Assembly (NCBI GenBank): GCA_963663805.2 | Contig: CAXXMR010000012.1 | Coordinates: 64,001 to 128,000, forward strand | Length of the DNA: 64,000 nucleotides | Direction: 5' to 3' | Origin: Sedimentisphaerales bacterium | GTDB taxonomy: Bacteria; Planctomycetota; Phycisphaerae; Sedimentisphaerales; SM23-30 | In this document: positions 38,832 to 48,376 of the stretch, in pieces | How the letters are laid out: the number at the start of each line of letters is the position of its first letter | How positions within the stretch are numbered: position 1 is the first letter of the stretch | The notes under the pieces: generated by a model | The model's input: the letters and a program-made list of their open reading frames with translations, nothing else | What the model was told of the DNA's origin: nothing | Databases searched by the model: none | Translations under genes and position numbers: made by a program

Positions 38832-41800
38832 AACTTTTTCGGGTAATCAGCGCTGACCTGCGACATTACCGCGCGGCGAATATGGCTATTGCGGCGGCGG
38901 TGGCGGTTTGCGCGGCGGTTTTGCTTGGCGGATTGTTGATTGGCGATTCGGTAAGCTACAGCCTTGGTCGCATCGCCAGACTCCGGCTGGGGCAGACAAG
39001 TCAGGCCCTTTACAAACCTCACGGTTATTTCAGTGACAGTCTGGCCCAACGATTATCTGACAGCCTCAACACTACCGCCGCGGCAGTGCTGTGTCTTGCC
39101 GGGCCTGCGTCTACGCCTGATGATAAGAATTTCATACCGAATATAAATATTTATGGAATTGATGATAATTTTTACAAATTAGCTCTTTCTGATATTCCGC
39201 TGACAAGACCGGGGCCGGGTGAAATAATCATTAACCAGAGAGCCGCGGAAAAACTCCATGTAAAAGCCGGTGACTCGCTTATCATCACCCTGCCCAAACC
39301 AGCCGCCCTGCCGGAGCAGAATGCTTTGGGCAGTCAGAGTAAACGTATCAGACTGAATGTGGCCATCGCCGGCAGCGCAGGTGATGAGGAGATGGGGCGG
39401 TTCAATCTGCACGCGAACCAGAGTATGCCGATTAATGGTTTCGTTGACAGGGTCTGGCTTGAGGAAAAAGTTAATATTCCCGGCCGCGTAAACCTGTGCC
39501 TGCTGGGTGAGACAAAAAATGATAACGCCAATGCCGCACTAGAAAAATCTATTGCTCTTGCTGACCTTGGCTTAAAAATTAGCGCGGAAAATAATATATT
39601 TCGTCTGACTTGTGAATCGGTATTTCTCAATGAGCACATAGCTGACAAAATAGTCGCACTGTATCCTGACGCTGCCGCTATTGTTACTTATTTCGTAAAT
39701 GAAATGTGTAAAGATGGCCTATCCTGTCCCTATTCGATGGTGACAGCTCTGAACACATCGAAGGTGTTACCTAACCTCATTCCCGTTGACCTGCCCCATG
39801 ACCAGATTATTATTACAGACTGGCTGGCTGATGACATTAATGCCCGGAGCGGTGATAAGGTTACGATTAAATATTATGTTCTTACCGATGAGCTGGCCCT
39901 TCGTGAAACTGAACGGTTATTTACGGTCGCAAAAATTATTCCGCTGACAACTGCCGGGCTGAACTTTAGTCTCATGCCGGACTTTCCCGGTTTGAAGGAT
40001 GTCGAAAACTGCCGTGACTGGGATTCGCCGGTGCCTGTTGATTTGTCACTCATTCGTGACAAGGACGAAAAATACTGGAACGATTATCAGGGCACTCCCA
40101 AGGCGCTTGTCAACCTCGCCGCCGGCAAAGAAATGTGGGCTGGTCCTTACGGCAGTCTTACCGAAATACGAATCCCGGCAGAGAAAATCGACAGGGAAAC
40201 CCTTAGTCAAAATATAATTCAGAATATCGACCCCGCTTCGGCTGGCCTCAGGTTTAATGATGTTAAGGCCATCGCCCAAAAGGCTGCGGCTGGTTCGACT
40301 GATTTCGCTCAGCTTTTTCTGGGGCTGAGTATGTTTCTTATCTTTTCGGCGATTATCCTCATCGCTCTTACTTTTATACTCAGTATCGAAAAACGCGTTG
40401 AGCAGCTGGGCATTCTTAAAGCTCTGGGCTATACTAATTGGAGTATCGCTTTTCTGTTCCTCACGGAAGTATTTATACTCGCCTTTGTCGGCAGTGGTGT
40501 GGGTATTATCATTGGTATCGTATACACAAAAATACTTATCTGCTCTCTTACCGCCGGCTGGCAGGACGCTCTGGCAGGAATAGATTTGCATTTCGCTATC
40601 AGTTTTTCCAGCGTGGGGATTACTTTTGCTACGGTAATAATCATCAGTTGGGGGGTATCGACTTTGGCCCTGCGGAAAATTTTAGGCAACTCCGCGGTCA
40701 GTCTGCTCAATCGGCAAATTCAATGGCAATACTTTTTGTCATCTGGGCCCAATAAAGAAACTCACCGATCACACCGAATGGTTATTGGGGTTGTTTTTGT
40801 CATTAGCACGGCAATAATCTATCTGGGCCAAGCTCAAATGATTCCCACTACAGCGGCTTTTTTCGCAGGTGGAGCCTTACTGTTGCTAAGCCTGATTTTC
40901 ATGGTTCTTGATTTGCTTGACAATTCGACCCATTGCCGGCATTTTCAATTACGCAACAGCTTTACTTTGGCTGTCAAAAATTCCGCCCTGCGGCTGGGCC
41001 GGTCATTGAGCGTTATCGCGTTAATCGCTGTCGGCACTTTTACTATTGTCGCGGTGAGTGCCAATCGCCTTGGCCCACCCGCTGACCCACATTCGCGAAA
41101 TTCCGGCACCGGTGGATTTGCCCTGTGGGGCAGTTCGTCTCTGCCGGTCAGACATAATCTTAATACTTCTGCCGGTCGCGGACAGTTGGGCTTTAGCGAC
41201 AACGAACTTGTCGGATTTGAGTTTATTAATTTCCGGGAATATCAAGGTGACCAGGCAGACTGCCTCAATCTTAACCGGCCGCAGCGTCCGACAATTCTTG
41301 GTGTTGACTATGAACGGCTAGCGAAACTGCAAGCCTTTGCTTTTAACTTTCCCGCCGCCAACTCTATAAATCCCTGGCAGCTGCTCCAGGACGATAATCC
41401 GGATGATAATATAATCCCCGCTATCGCTGATTACGCTACGGTTCACTGGTCACTTCATAAAAATATTGGTGACACTGTTGAATACCATAACCATTCCGGT
41501 CGTCCGCTTAAACTGAAAATTGTCGCCACCCTCAGCGGTTCAGTCTTTCAGGGGGCACTTATTATTTCTCAGCGGTCGTTTGTCAGGTGTTTCCCGGATA
41601 TGGCGGGGTTTCGCACCTTTCTTATTGATATAGACAATCCCTCTCCGGAAAAAATCCGACAAATGTCCAGTCTACTCGATAGTCGGTTACGTGATTACGG
41701 CTTTGTGAGCCAGAGAACTAGCGCCCGGCTGGGGGAATTTCAATCGGTCCAGAATACCTATCTGACAATTTTCCAGATGTTGGGCACTTTGGGGATGATT

Positions 41801-42136
41801 CTGGGTACTATTGGGCTAGCGGTTATCGTCATTCGCAATGTATGCGACCGGCGGGGTGAATTTGCTCTGCTCTGGGCGTTGGGCTTTACCAATCGGCAAC
41901 TTATCAATATAATATTTCTCGAAAACCTGATATTGCTGATTTGCGGCTGTGTCATCGGTCTGATTAGTGCATTGGTGGCGGTTTATCCTGCCCTTGCTCA
42001 GTCCGGCAGTGGAATACCAAGTATGGCCCTGACAATAACTTTATTGACCATCATCCTAAGCGGAACCCTGTGGACACGGCTGGCGGCCTGGTGGACCTTG
42101 AAATCTAACCCGCTGGACAACTTGCGAAATGAATAA
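38828..42136 (+). CDS. Large FtsX/MacB-like ABC permease (two permease repeats)
   Basis: Two periplasmic domains; R..QLGILKALG and RRGEFALLWALGF motifs. Confidence 0.9.
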   Translation: MKLFRVISADLRHYRAANMAIAAAVAVCAAVLLGGLLIGDSVSYSLGRIARLRLGQTSQALYKPHGYFSDSLAQRLSDSLNTTAAAVLCLAGPASTPDDKNFIPNINIYGIDDNFYKLALSDIPLTRPGPGEIIINQRAAEKLHVKAGDSLIITLPKPAALPEQNALGSQSKRIRLNVAIAGSAGDEEMGRFNLHANQSMPINGFVDRVWLEEKVNIPGRVNLCLLGETKNDNANAALEKSIALADLGLKISAENNIFRLTCESVFLNEHIADKIVALYPDAAAIVTYFVNEMCKDGLSCPYSMVTALNTSKVLPNLIPVDLPHDQIIITDWLADDINARSGDKVTIKYYVLTDELALRETERLFTVAKIIPLTTAGLNFSLMPDFPGLKDVENCRDWDSPVPVDLSLIRDKDEKYWNDYQGTPKALVNLAAGKEMWAGPYGSLTEIRIPAEKIDRETLSQNIIQNIDPASAGLRFNDVKAIAQKAAAGSTDFAQLFLGLSMFLIFSAIILIALTFILSIEKRVEQLGILKALGYTNWSIAFLFLTEVFILAFVGSGVGIIIGIVYTKILICSLTAGWQDALAGIDLHFAISFSSVGITFATVIIISWGVSTLALRKILGNSAVSLLNRQIQWQYFLSSGPNKETHRSHRMVIGVVFVISTAIIYLGQAQMIPTTAAFFAGGALLLLSLIFMVLDLLDNSTHCRHFQLRNSFTLAVKNSALRLGRSLSVIALIAVGTFTIVAVSANRLGPPADPHSRNSGTGGFALWGSSSLPVRHNLNTSAGRGQLGFSDNELVGFEFINFREYQGDQADCLNLNRPQRPTILGVDYERLAKLQAFAFNFPAANSINPWQLLQDDNPDDNIIPAIADYATVHWSLHKNIGDTVEYHNHSGRPLKLKIVATLSGSVFQGALIISQRSFVRCFPDMAGFRTFLIDIDNPSPEKIRQMSSLLDSRLRDYGFVSQRTSARLGEFQSVQNTYLTIFQMLGTLGMILGTIGLAVIVIRNVCDRRGEFALLWALGFTNRQLINIIFLENLILLICGCVIGLISALVAVYPALAQSGSGIPSMALTITLLTIILSGTLWTRLAAWWTLKSNPLDNLRNE

Positions 42137-43544
42137 ATCGAAAAACATTTACCTGATTCAGGCCCTGCCCATCGTCACAGCCTTGCTGGCGGCATACTTT
42201 ATATATTATCTACTAACTGCCCAGCCGTCTCAGCTCACCCGGCGTCTGCCCGGTGCCGACAACGCCCCAGCCAAAACCACCAATCAACCTGTTGCCAAAA
42301 CCACTGGCACCCTCAAAACTTTCGATACTCAACCGGCAGATATTCCCGGCAGTTTTCCGCAGTTTCGCGGCCCCAATCGCGACGGTGTTATCAGCGACCC
42401 CAAAACCAGACTGCTCTACCAATGGCCTGACAACGGTCCCGAAATACTCTGGCAACTCCCCGTTGGCGAAGGTTATGCCGGTGCGTCCATCCATAATGGC
42501 AAGGTTTATATCATCGATTATGACCGCGAAAATCAACGTGATTTTATCCGCTGTTTGTCGCTGGAGACCGGTCGTGATATATGGCAATTTTCCTATCCTG
42601 TCTCTGTCAAACGCAACCACGGCATGAGCCGCACTATCCCGGCGGTTAGCGACGAGTTTGTCGTCACCATCGGCCCCAAATGCCACGTCACCTGCCTTGA
42701 TTCCGCCACCGGCAAATTCCTCTGGATGATTGACCTGGAAAGAGAATACGGCACGACTGTGCCGCCCTGGTATGCCGGGCAATGCCCTCTAATTGATAAT
42801 CGTACCGCTATAATCGCTCCGGCGGGGCCTGAATTTCTGGTTATCGCGGTTGATTGTGCAACCGGCGAAATTATCTGGCGCAGCCCCAACCTTCGCTCCT
42901 GGAAAATGACCCACTCATCAGTTATGCCCGCGGAGTTTTTCGGTCGAAAAATGTACATTTATTGTGCCACCGGCGGGGTGACCGCTATTAACGCTCAGGA
43001 CGGCTCGGTCATCTGGGACAGTAACACCTGGAAAATTCGTATCGCTAACGTCCCTACGCCTGTGATTATCGACAACAACCAAATTTTCTTTTCCGGCGGA
43101 TACAATACCGGCAGTATGATGATGCAGCTCACTCAGGAAAACCAGCAAATCATCCCCCAGGTTATCTATACCCTGCCGCCCGACACCTTCGGCTCGGCCC
43201 AGCAAACTCCTATATATTATCAAGGTCACATCTACGGAGTTCGACCCGATGAACAGTTCGTCTGCCTTGATCTCACCGGGCGTATCCTCTGGACCAGTAC
43301 CACTGCTCAGAAGTTCGGTTTGGGGCCGTATCTCATCGTCAACGACATCATCTACATCCTCGACGACAACGGACGAATCACCATGGCCCGCGCCCAGCCC
43401 ACATCTTTTGAAATGCTCGGCCAAGCCCAAATCCTCACCGGACACGATGCCTGGGCCCCTCTCGCCTACGCCGCCGGCAGAATCATTATCCGCGACCTCA
43501 ACACCATGGCCTGCCTCAAAATCGCCGATATCTCCCGGCCTTGA
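42129..43544 (+). CDS. Membrane-anchored PQQ-like beta-propeller protein
   Basis: N-terminal TM; FPQFRGPNRDG, GPEILWQ..VGEGY, WAPLAYAAGRI. Confidence 0.85.
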   Translation: MNKSKNIYLIQALPIVTALLAAYFIYYLLTAQPSQLTRRLPGADNAPAKTTNQPVAKTTGTLKTFDTQPADIPGSFPQFRGPNRDGVISDPKTRLLYQWPDNGPEILWQLPVGEGYAGASIHNGKVYIIDYDRENQRDFIRCLSLETGRDIWQFSYPVSVKRNHGMSRTIPAVSDEFVVTIGPKCHVTCLDSATGKFLWMIDLEREYGTTVPPWYAGQCPLIDNRTAIIAPAGPEFLVIAVDCATGEIIWRSPNLRSWKMTHSSVMPAEFFGRKMYIYCATGGVTAINAQDGSVIWDSNTWKIRIANVPTPVIIDNNQIFFSGGYNTGSMMMQLTQENQQIIPQVIYTLPPDTFGSAQQTPIYYQGHIYGVRPDEQFVCLDLTGRILWTSTTAQKFGLGPYLIVNDIIYILDDNGRITMARAQPTSFEMLGQAQILTGHDAWAPLAYAAGRIIIRDLNTMACLKIADISRP

Positions 43545-43576
43545 TTTATGACAACAACCCCGATAGAATAATTTAT

Positions 43577-44623
43577 ATGAACTATGAACCACCCAAAAAC
43601 CCTCTAAAAGTTTACCTGATTCTAATTGCGGCAGTCAGCATCACCATGGTCGCGATGATGACCTACGATATTGCCGGGCGAAAACCAAAACCACTGCCCA
43701 GAAAACACACCTACCAAATGCCCCCGCAATTCAATATCAGCCCTGACCAGGTCTCTTATATGCCCGCCCATATCCCCTGGCCTACCATGCTCACCGAATC
43801 TCGCGCGATTACGGTCAGCCACAGAGGCTTGATTTATATCGCCGGTGACAGTCTGGTGAATATATTCGAACCTGCGGGCCATTTACTCAAAACACTTGAG
43901 CTGCCGGGCGAACCTACCGCAATTCAATGGTTTGACAATAAACTTTTTATCGCCCTGAACAACCAGTTCATCATCCACAACCTTCAGACCGGTCAGCAGG
44001 AAAAATGGGACCTCAAATCAGAAGCTCCCCTCATCACCAGTCTGGCCGTCGATAACGAAAACATCTATCTTGCCGATGCCGCCAACCGAATCGTTCTGCG
44101 CTGTGACCATCAGGGCAATATCATCAACCGAATCGGCGAGGCTGACCCCGAAAAGGAAATTCCCGGTTTTGTCGTACCCAGTCCTTATTTCGATTTGGCG
44201 CTGGCTCCTGACGGGCTGCTTCGCGTGGTCAATCCCGGCCGCCATCAAATAGAAGCCTACACTCCCAACAGCGACCGCGAATTCGCCTGGGGTAAACCCG
44301 GTGCACAGGTTGAGAATTTCTGTGGCTGCTGCAACCCCGTCAGCCTCGCACTTTTGCCCGACGGCAGATTTGTTACCGCTGAAAAGGGAATACCCCGCGT
44401 TAAAATCTATGACCTTGACGGCAATTTTCAAACCTTCGTCGCCGGAGCCAACCAGCTTCTTGATGCGGACGAAATCGAACTAATAATGGAACTGCCCGGC
44501 GACTCAAAAACACACAGCTACGACCTGGCCGTCAGCGACAAAACAATCATCCTGCTCGACCGCGGCAGAAATCTCGTCCATTCCTTCATACCCCGACATC
44601 CCCCCAAACATGAAGACTTGTAG
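43577..44623 (+). CDS. NHL-like beta-propeller protein with FCGCCNP motif
   Basis: N-terminal TM; PGFVVPSPYFD, NPGRH, FCGCCNP, VTAEKGIPRVK. Confidence 0.75.
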   Translation: MNYEPPKNPLKVYLILIAAVSITMVAMMTYDIAGRKPKPLPRKHTYQMPPQFNISPDQVSYMPAHIPWPTMLTESRAITVSHRGLIYIAGDSLVNIFEPAGHLLKTLELPGEPTAIQWFDNKLFIALNNQFIIHNLQTGQQEKWDLKSEAPLITSLAVDNENIYLADAANRIVLRCDHQGNIINRIGEADPEKEIPGFVVPSPYFDLALAPDGLLRVVNPGRHQIEAYTPNSDREFAWGKPGAQVENFCGCCNPVSLALLPDGRFVTAEKGIPRVKIYDLDGNFQTFVAGANQLLDADEIELIMELPGDSKTHSYDLAVSDKTIILLDRGRNLVHSFIPRHPPKHEDL

Positions 44624-44837
44624 AAGAAAAATAATCACAGACTTTATCTATCTCGCCGCTGCCGCTGCCCTGTCAGTCGCTGGCTATACCCTCACTCGTA
44701 AAAAAACTTCTGGCCAGTCCAGTCAAACCTGCATCGCTCAGGGAATATGCAGCCAATGTGATGTTTATCGAACCTGCCGACTGCCCGCGGCCTTGTCACG
44801 GAAAAAAGTTTTAGCGAATTTCCAAAATGAAAAATGA
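44610..44837 (+). CDS. Small protein with RR+TM N-terminus and four-Cys C-terminal motif
   Basis: RRKII, TM helix, CxxxxxCxxCxxxxxC(RLP); overlaps both neighbours. Confidence 0.65.
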   Translation: MKTCRRKIITDFIYLAAAAALSVAGYTLTRKKTSGQSSQTCIAQGICSQCDVYRTCRLPAALSRKKVLANFQNEK

Positions 44838-45396
44838 AACGTCAGACCAAAAGCCTGTTTCCCGCCGTGAGATAATCGCCCGCTGGGCCGCTGCCGCCTG
44901 CGCGGGCATTACCGGCCTGTCGCTCGCCCGCCGCAGTCAGGCCGAAAACTACCTCTGGCAAATCGACCCGCACAAATGCATCGCCTGCGGCAAATGTGCC
45001 ACTCATTGCGTACTTGAAGAATCCGCCGTCAAATGTGTTCACGCCTTCGCGATATGCGGCTATTGTGAGTTATGTACCGGTTTTTTCGAGCCGGAACCCC
45101 GCCAACTCGACACCGCCGCGGAAAATCAGCTCTGTCCCGCCGCCGCCATCAAACGTACCTTCATCGAAGACCCCTACTACGAATATACCATCGACGAAAC
45201 TCTTTGTATCGGCTGCGGCAAATGCGTAAAAGGGTGCAGCGCGTTTGGGAACGGTTCACTTTTCCTCCAGATTCGCCACGACCGCTGCGTCAACTGTAAT
45301 GAATGCTCCATCGCCGCGGCCTGCCCCGCTCAGGCCGTCAGTAAAGTACCCGCCTCATCACCTTACCTAATCAAAAACATGGAAGGCCGTCCATGA
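44827..45396 (+). CDS. Polyferredoxin with twin-Arg-like leader (NapG/MauM-like)
   Basis: SRREII leader; CIACGKC, CGYCELC, CIGCGKC, CVNCNEC motifs. Confidence 0.8.
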   Translation: MKNETSDQKPVSRREIIARWAAAACAGITGLSLARRSQAENYLWQIDPHKCIACGKCATHCVLEESAVKCVHAFAICGYCELCTGFFEPEPRQLDTAAENQLCPAAAIKRTFIEDPYYEYTIDETLCIGCGKCVKGCSAFGNGSLFLQIRHDRCVNCNECSIAAACPAQAVSKVPASSPYLIKNMEGRP

Positions 45397-46682
45397 CCTG
45401 CCCCCGCACCTTCCTGCTACCCTTAATCATTTTCATAACGGTTCTCACCACCGCCCTGAATGCCGTCGAACGCTTCCCGCCGCCCGACTTCACCGAAACC
45501 AACCACCAACTACCCAATACCAACTACATCCTCAACGCCCAGCCCCGCGCCAACATCTGGCAGTACATCGACATCGCCCTGCTCGCCAGCTCACTCACCC
45601 TGGCTGTCTATTTTGTCATCTACCGCCGCTCTCGCAAATTGACCTACATCCTCATGATTTTCAGTCTGCTCTATTTCGGATTCATCCGCCGGGGCTGTGT
45701 CTGTTCAATCGGCTCAATTCAAAACGTCACCCTCGCGACTTTCAACTCAACTTACATTCTGCCACTTGTCGTACTGATTTTCTTCCTGCTGCCTATTATC
45801 GTCACACTTTTCTGGGGCCGGGTTTTTTGCGCTGCCGTCTGTCCGCTCGGCGCTATCCAGGATTTCGTTTTGCTGCGTCCCTTGCGTATTCCTGTCTGGC
45901 TGGAATCAGCCTTGCGTTTAATCGCGTATATCTACCTTGCCCTGGCTGTTATTTACGCCGCCACCGGCACGGGCTTTCTAATCTGTCGCTATGACCCCTT
46001 TGTTTCCTTTTTTCGCTTTTCCGGCCCTTTTAATATAATAATTTTCGGTCTGGCCATCCTTGTTATCGCTCTTTTTGTGGGTCGGCCTTATTGTCGCTTC
46101 CTGTGTCCTTACGGTGTAATCCTCCGTCAGTTCTCCCGCCTTTCCCGCCGCAAAATATCCATCACCCCCGACGAATGTATCAACTGTCGCCTCTGTGAAA
46201 ACGCCTGCCCCTTCAACGCCATCGGCAAACCCACCGCCGACTGGCCGGAACAGGGCTATCACTTCCGCAAGAAACTTCTTGCCGCCTCAATCCTCCTGCT
46301 GCCTCTGCTGATTTTCCTAATGGCCCACATATTCGCCGCCCTCAGTCCTCAAATGGCCCAATCTCACCCGACCGTCCACCTCGCCCGCCAAATCAAACTG
46401 GAAAACACCAACCCCGACCTGCCCACTACGGTTGCGTCTCGCGCATTTCGCGCCGTCGGCAAACCGGTCGAAACCCTCTACCTGCAAGCTGAAATCATTA
46501 CCGGCAAATTCCGCTTCGCCGCCTGGCTGGCTGGTGCCTGCGTCGGTCTCATCGCCGGCCTCAAACTAATCGATATGTCCATCCAGAAAAAACGTACCAA
46601 TTATTACGCCGACCCCGCCGGCTGTCTCGCCTGCGGAAGATGTTACCAGCACTGTCCCCGCGAACAACTGAGATTGAAATGA
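45393..46682 (+). CDS. Polytopic 4Fe-4S membrane protein (NapH/MauN/NosR-C-like)
   Basis: FCAAVCPLG and YCRFLCPYG (CxxxCP), CINCRLCENACP, CLACGRCYQHCP. Confidence 0.85.
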   Translation: MTCPRTFLLPLIIFITVLTTALNAVERFPPPDFTETNHQLPNTNYILNAQPRANIWQYIDIALLASSLTLAVYFVIYRRSRKLTYILMIFSLLYFGFIRRGCVCSIGSIQNVTLATFNSTYILPLVVLIFFLLPIIVTLFWGRVFCAAVCPLGAIQDFVLLRPLRIPVWLESALRLIAYIYLALAVIYAATGTGFLICRYDPFVSFFRFSGPFNIIIFGLAILVIALFVGRPYCRFLCPYGVILRQFSRLSRRKISITPDECINCRLCENACPFNAIGKPTADWPEQGYHFRKKLLAASILLLPLLIFLMAHIFAALSPQMAQSHPTVHLARQIKLENTNPDLPTTVASRAFRAVGKPVETLYLQAEIITGKFRFAAWLAGACVGLIAGLKLIDMSIQKKRTNYYADPAGCLACGRCYQHCPREQLRLK

Positions 46683-48376
46683 CCGAACCAAATAATAATC
46701 AATGGCAGAAAAGTCTGCTCGCTACCGCGATTATCGCCGGGGTGTTTTCGGCTGCGGTTCTCTCTCTGCTGGCTGTCAACTATGTCCGTGCCAAAGTAAT
46801 CTATCCTCTCAAAAGCGAACGACTCGAACTGCTCAAGCTCAAAATCTCCGAAACCCCCAACGACCAAAATCTGCTCGAACAAATCCGCCAACTCGACCTT
46901 GAAATCCGCCAATACGCATTAGACAAAACCCAATTATCCCGCCCCGCCGTGATATTTCTGATTTTCGGCATTGTCATTTGCCTGGCATGTCTCCAGATTC
47001 GCGACAGTCTCCACCGAAAAACACAAATCCCCCCACCCGACCACGACCGACCCTATCAACAATTAAAAAACTCCTACCTCACCCGCACTTCCCTGCTCAC
47101 CCTGATAATCATTATAATAACCACATCCCTGTTTTATATCATAAATCAAGACTCACCTGTCGTGGAAACCGCCACCGAATCCGCACCCTATCCCACTATC
47201 GAACAACTCCGCTCAAACTGGCCTCGTTTCCGCGGCTTCGCCGGCGCCAGCCATTGCCCATATACCGACATCCCGACCCAATGGAGCGAATCACAAAACC
47301 AGAATATCCTCTGGAAATCACCCGTGCCGCTGGCCGGTTTTAACTCACCGATAATCTGGCAGGATAAAATCTTCCTCGCCGGTGCCACCCAAACCCAACG
47401 ACAGGTCTACTGCTACAGTCTAAACGACGGCACATTAAAATGGACCGTCGATATTCCCGGCCCCACCGACACAAAGGTTGAGGTAATGGAAGACACCGGC
47501 CTGGCTGCTCCAACCCTCACCACCGACGGACGAGCTGTTTACGCCATCTTCCCAACCGGTGACATCGCCGCGATAACTCTTACCGGAAAAATCATCTGGC
47601 ACCGCTCGCTCGGCGTCCCCGAAAACGCCTACGGCTATGCCACCTCGCTTCTCATGTACCAAAACCGCCTCATCGTCCAGTACGACCAGGCTACCCCTGA
47701 AGACAACAAATCCAAACTGCTCGCCCTCGATTATCGCACCGGCCAAACCATCCGCGAAAAAACCCGTCCTGTTGGCAATGCCTGGACCACGCCAATCATC
47801 GCCGAAATCAACGGCACCGCCCAGCTCATCACCGTCGCTGAGCCTTATACCATCGCCTACAACCCCGCTGACTTCACCGAAATATGGCGTGTTCGCTGTA
47901 TCGGAGCCGACGCCGGCGCTTCACCCATCTACGCCGCACCGTATATCATCACCGTCTCACCCTACGAAGAAATCACCGCCATCAATCCCACCGGCACCGG
48001 CGACATCACCGACACCAATATCGTCTGGACCACCTCCGAAGGACTGCCCGACACCGCCTCACCGCTCAGCGACGAAAATTATCTCTATGTCATCGAAACC
48101 TACGGCACACTGACCTGCCTCAACCTCAAGACCGGCCAAAAAATCTGGGACCACACCTTCGACACTTCCTTCCAGGCCTCACCCTCACTCAGTGCCGATA
48201 AAATCTACCTTATCGGTGCCGAAGGAACCAGCTTCGTCATCCAGGCCGGACCAGAATACAAACAAATTGCCCAATGCGACCTGGCCGAAGGTGCCCTCGC
48301 TTCACCGGCCTTCGCTCCGGCTCGTATGATAATCAGAACCAAAAACTATCTCTACTGCGTAAGTTCAGCTAAATGA
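46679..48376 (+). CDS. Three-TM-anchored PQQ-like beta-propeller protein
   Basis: NWPRFRG, NILWKSPVPLAGFNSPI, ASPAFA; ATGA overlap with the upstream gene. Confidence 0.85.
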   Translation: MTEPNNNQWQKSLLATAIIAGVFSAAVLSLLAVNYVRAKVIYPLKSERLELLKLKISETPNDQNLLEQIRQLDLEIRQYALDKTQLSRPAVIFLIFGIVICLACLQIRDSLHRKTQIPPPDHDRPYQQLKNSYLTRTSLLTLIIIIITTSLFYIINQDSPVVETATESAPYPTIEQLRSNWPRFRGFAGASHCPYTDIPTQWSESQNQNILWKSPVPLAGFNSPIIWQDKIFLAGATQTQRQVYCYSLNDGTLKWTVDIPGPTDTKVEVMEDTGLAAPTLTTDGRAVYAIFPTGDIAAITLTGKIIWHRSLGVPENAYGYATSLLMYQNRLIVQYDQATPEDNKSKLLALDYRTGQTIREKTRPVGNAWTTPIIAEINGTAQLITVAEPYTIAYNPADFTEIWRVRCIGADAGASPIYAAPYIITVSPYEEITAINPTGTGDITDTNIVWTTSEGLPDTASPLSDENYLYVIETYGTLTCLNLKTGQKIWDHTFDTSFQASPSLSADKIYLIGAEGTSFVIQAGPEYKQIAQCDLAEGALASPAFAPARMIIRTKNYLYCVSSAK

